Shown here: piece after piece, positions 33,161 through 34,584 of the stretch | Numbering within the stretch: position 1 is the first letter of the stretch | How the letters are laid out: every line of letters begins with the position of its first letter | Assembly: GCA_947629615.1 (NCBI GenBank) | Contig: CANRER010000001.1 | Location: 1 to 34,584, forward strand | DNA length: 34,584 nucleotides | Direction: 5' to 3' | From: an uncultured Clostridia bacterium | Lineage (GTDB): Bacteria; Bacillota; Clostridia; UMGS1883 | Translations under genes and position numbers: made by a program | The notes under the pieces: generated by a model | What the model was told of the DNA's origin: nothing | Seen by the model: only the letters and a program-made list of their open reading frames with translations | The model's database searches: none

Positions 33161-33325
33161 TCACCTCCTCAAAAAAAAGACGCCCAGCACGATTATCATT
33201 CCGCCCTCTATCACGGCAAGCAGCGTGACGGGCAAAATCATCGCCGTGAATATGCCGATGACAAAGGCCAGCATACCCACCCCCATCGGGCTGCACCCGC
33301 GCCGGGGCCCCGGTCGCTTGCCCAT
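33161..33325 (-). CDS. 54-aa membrane micro-protein of unknown function, immediately upstream of spoVM
   Basis: Hand-read: MGKRPGPRRGCSPMGVGMLAFVIGIFTAMILPVTLLAVIEGGMIIVLGVFFLRR. AAGGGGG lies 8 nt before ATG 33325. Its stop TGA (33163..33161) lies inside the spoVM RBS. It could instead be a non-coding spoVM leader. Confidence 0.4.
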   Translation of the reverse strand: MGKRPGPRRGCSPMGVGMLAFVIGIFTAMILPVTLLAVIEGGMIIVLGVFFLRR

Positions 33326-33444
33326 GCCGATTACCCCCTTTGCTACATATTACGCCGTCGGGCCGCGAGTGGTGACTTTTGCGCCGCGCCCGTAAAATTG
33401 AAGGAAAGCCGTAACTTTTTTACCCATTAAGTCACTTTTCTCTA

Positions 33445-33473
33445 TTGAAAAAGCAAGGGAATTGTGGTAAACT
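33445..33473 (+). promoter_or_regulatory. Candidate SigA promoter of the GH43 gene
   Basis: TTGAAA, 17 nt, TAAACT, with extended -10 TG (tTGgTAAACT), 35 nt upstream of ATG 33509. Confidence 0.45.
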
Positions 33474-33508
33474 TATATAAAATTGAGATAGAGAAAAGAG
33501 GGGTAGAA

Positions 33509-34584
33509 ATGAAAAAAATCGCAAAATTTATATGCCTGCTTCTGGCGGCCTCGCTGCTGCCGCTCGGGTCCTTCGCCTCCGAGGCGGAGCTGACGCGGGC
33601 CGAATTTCTCGCGAGGCTCGCCGCCGAAATGGGCATAAGGGAGCGCATATACGCCGGCAGCTTTTCGGACGTTTCCTCCGCCGACGCTTTCGCCGACATT
33701 GCCGAGGGTGCTCTTGCCGCGGGGTTAATCGAGGGCGGGGCCTTCCGCCCTCAAAGCGCGGTTACGGGCACGGAGTCCGCCGCTATGACGGCCAAGGCCT
33801 TGGAGCATAAGCTTGCCGACCTGCCGGAGGAACCCCTCTTTGCCGAAACAGCAGCGAAGTCCGCGCTTTCCGGCGCGGACGCGGACGCTCTGCTCGCCGA
33901 GGCGGCCGCCCTCGCGGCCTCGCTGCCGCTTAAGGCCGGCGACGAAAAAACCACGGCCATGCTGAATTACGTGCGCGAAAACATAGACTCGTTTGAGGCC
34001 GAAAACGAGGATCGGGGCGCGAAGGCCCGCGAATATTACGACGACGCCGTGAACCGTTTTATAAACGGCTCGGAGGAGGACAAAGCGCGCGCCGCCGAGC
34101 TGACGGCGCTGGCTTACGGGGCCATGCTCCCCGAAAGGCACAGCTTCCTCACGGGAACGCCGCTTTACGACGATAACGGCGGCCTTGTGCAGGCCCACGG
34201 CGGCGGAGCGCTGTGGGATGAAAAAACCCAAAAATACTATTGGTACGGCGAGGCGCGGGGCGCGAGCGTCGTGCCTGCCCACCTTCAAAAATACGCCGAC
34301 TGGGGCTGGCGCATAGGCGTGGCCTGCTATTCCTCAGTCGACCTCTATAACTGGACGTATGAGGGCTTGGCTCTCGAAATGCTCGAAAACGACGACGAGG
34401 CTCCCCTCGAATACCCCCAATCCGACATTCGCGTCGGCGAGGTCATCGAGCGGCCAAAGGTCATCTATAACGACAAAACCGGCAAGTACGTCATGTGGAT
34501 GCACATCGACAACGGCTGGTACGGCTACAGCCGCGCGGGCGTGGCCGTGGCCGACAGCCCCGTCGGCCCCTTCACCTACCTTGA
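33509..34584 (+). CDS. Secreted glycoside hydrolase family 43-like enzyme with an N-terminal SLH-like segment. Partial: runs off the right edge.
   Basis: Not in the ORF track because it is edge-truncated. Hand translation: MKKIAKFICLLLAASLLPLGSFASEA (signal peptide). SLH-like: FSDVSSADAFADIAEGALAAGLIEGGAFRPQSAVTGTESAAM. GH43 five-bladed-propeller start: LVQAHGGGALWDEKTQKYYWYGE...VACYSSVDLYNWTYEG...IERPKVIYNDKTGKYVMWMHID...AGVAVADSPVGPFTY. AGAGGGG RBS. Confidence 0.8.
   Translation, partial: MKKIAKFICLLLAASLLPLGSFASEAELTRAEFLARLAAEMGIRERIYAGSFSDVSSADAFADIAEGALAAGLIEGGAFRPQSAVTGTESAAMTAKALEHKLADLPEEPLFAETAAKSALSGADADALLAEAAALAASLPLKAGDEKTTAMLNYVRENIDSFEAENEDRGAKAREYYDDAVNRFINGSEEDKARAAELTALAYGAMLPERHSFLTGTPLYDDNGGLVQAHGGGALWDEKTQKYYWYGEARGASVVPAHLQKYADWGWRIGVACYSSVDLYNWTYEGLALEMLENDDEAPLEYPQSDIRVGEVIERPKVIYNDKTGKYVMWMHIDNGWYGYSRAGVAVADSPVGPFTYL

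Noticed and set aside
1-34584. Mobile elements, prophage remnants, toxin-antitoxin pairs or defence islands.
   Set aside because: I found no transposase, integrase, recombinase, phage structural gene, restriction-modification gene, nuclease/helicase or Cas-like signature in any frame I read. I saw no terminal inverted repeats, and no compositional island beyond the normal AT-rich intergenic gaps. The lone XRE regulator has no small partner ORF that would make a toxin-antitoxin pair.

Overview
This is a densely coding, high-GC chromosomal window that looks like a Clostridia-type spore-former: Gram-positive GGAGG ribosome-binding sites, SigA-like TTGACA/TATAAT promoters in AT-rich gaps, and a spoVM micro-ORF. 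I support about 33 protein genes, one tRNA-Glu(CUC), and several promoters and terminators.

Left third, minus strand: one tightly packed morphogenesis operon (maf, mreC, mreD, PBP2, minD, mgsA). It continues into a 45-aa membrane peptide, a lipoprotein and a secreted transglutaminase-like protein that runs off the left edge.

Middle: an XRE regulator, a two-TM protein with a poly-Asp/Glu tail, tRNA-Glu, and a minus-strand string of glyQS, a sugar nucleotidyltransferase, a 1725-aa secreted heparinase II/III-type multidomain lyase and a GCS2-type ligase. Diverging from glyQS are a nucleotidyltransferase fused to a PMM-like domain and a BspA-type LRR surface protein.

Right: a zinc-ribbon peptide plus an LtaS-family enzyme, birA, the ACT/UPF0210 pair, a CPA2 antiporter, a Nudix hydrolase, an alpha/beta hydrolase, truA, a small TerB-like protein, two micro-ORFs including spoVM, and an SLH-like GH43 enzyme that runs off the right edge.

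I see no CRISPR array, transposase, integrase, prophage gene or recognisable defence system. The very long ORFs opposite the real genes in the track are antisense shadows typical of high-GC DNA.

The observations most worth follow-up are:
- the unlisted spoVM-like micro-ORF coupled to a second membrane micro-ORF;
- a morphogenesis operon that keeps mreCD, PBP2 and minD but has no room for mreB, minC, minE or rodA;
- the giant anchor-less lyase transcribed behind glyQS;
- a PMM-like domain with all four catalytic motifs degenerate.

All homology calls come from reading motifs by eye. None has been checked against a database.
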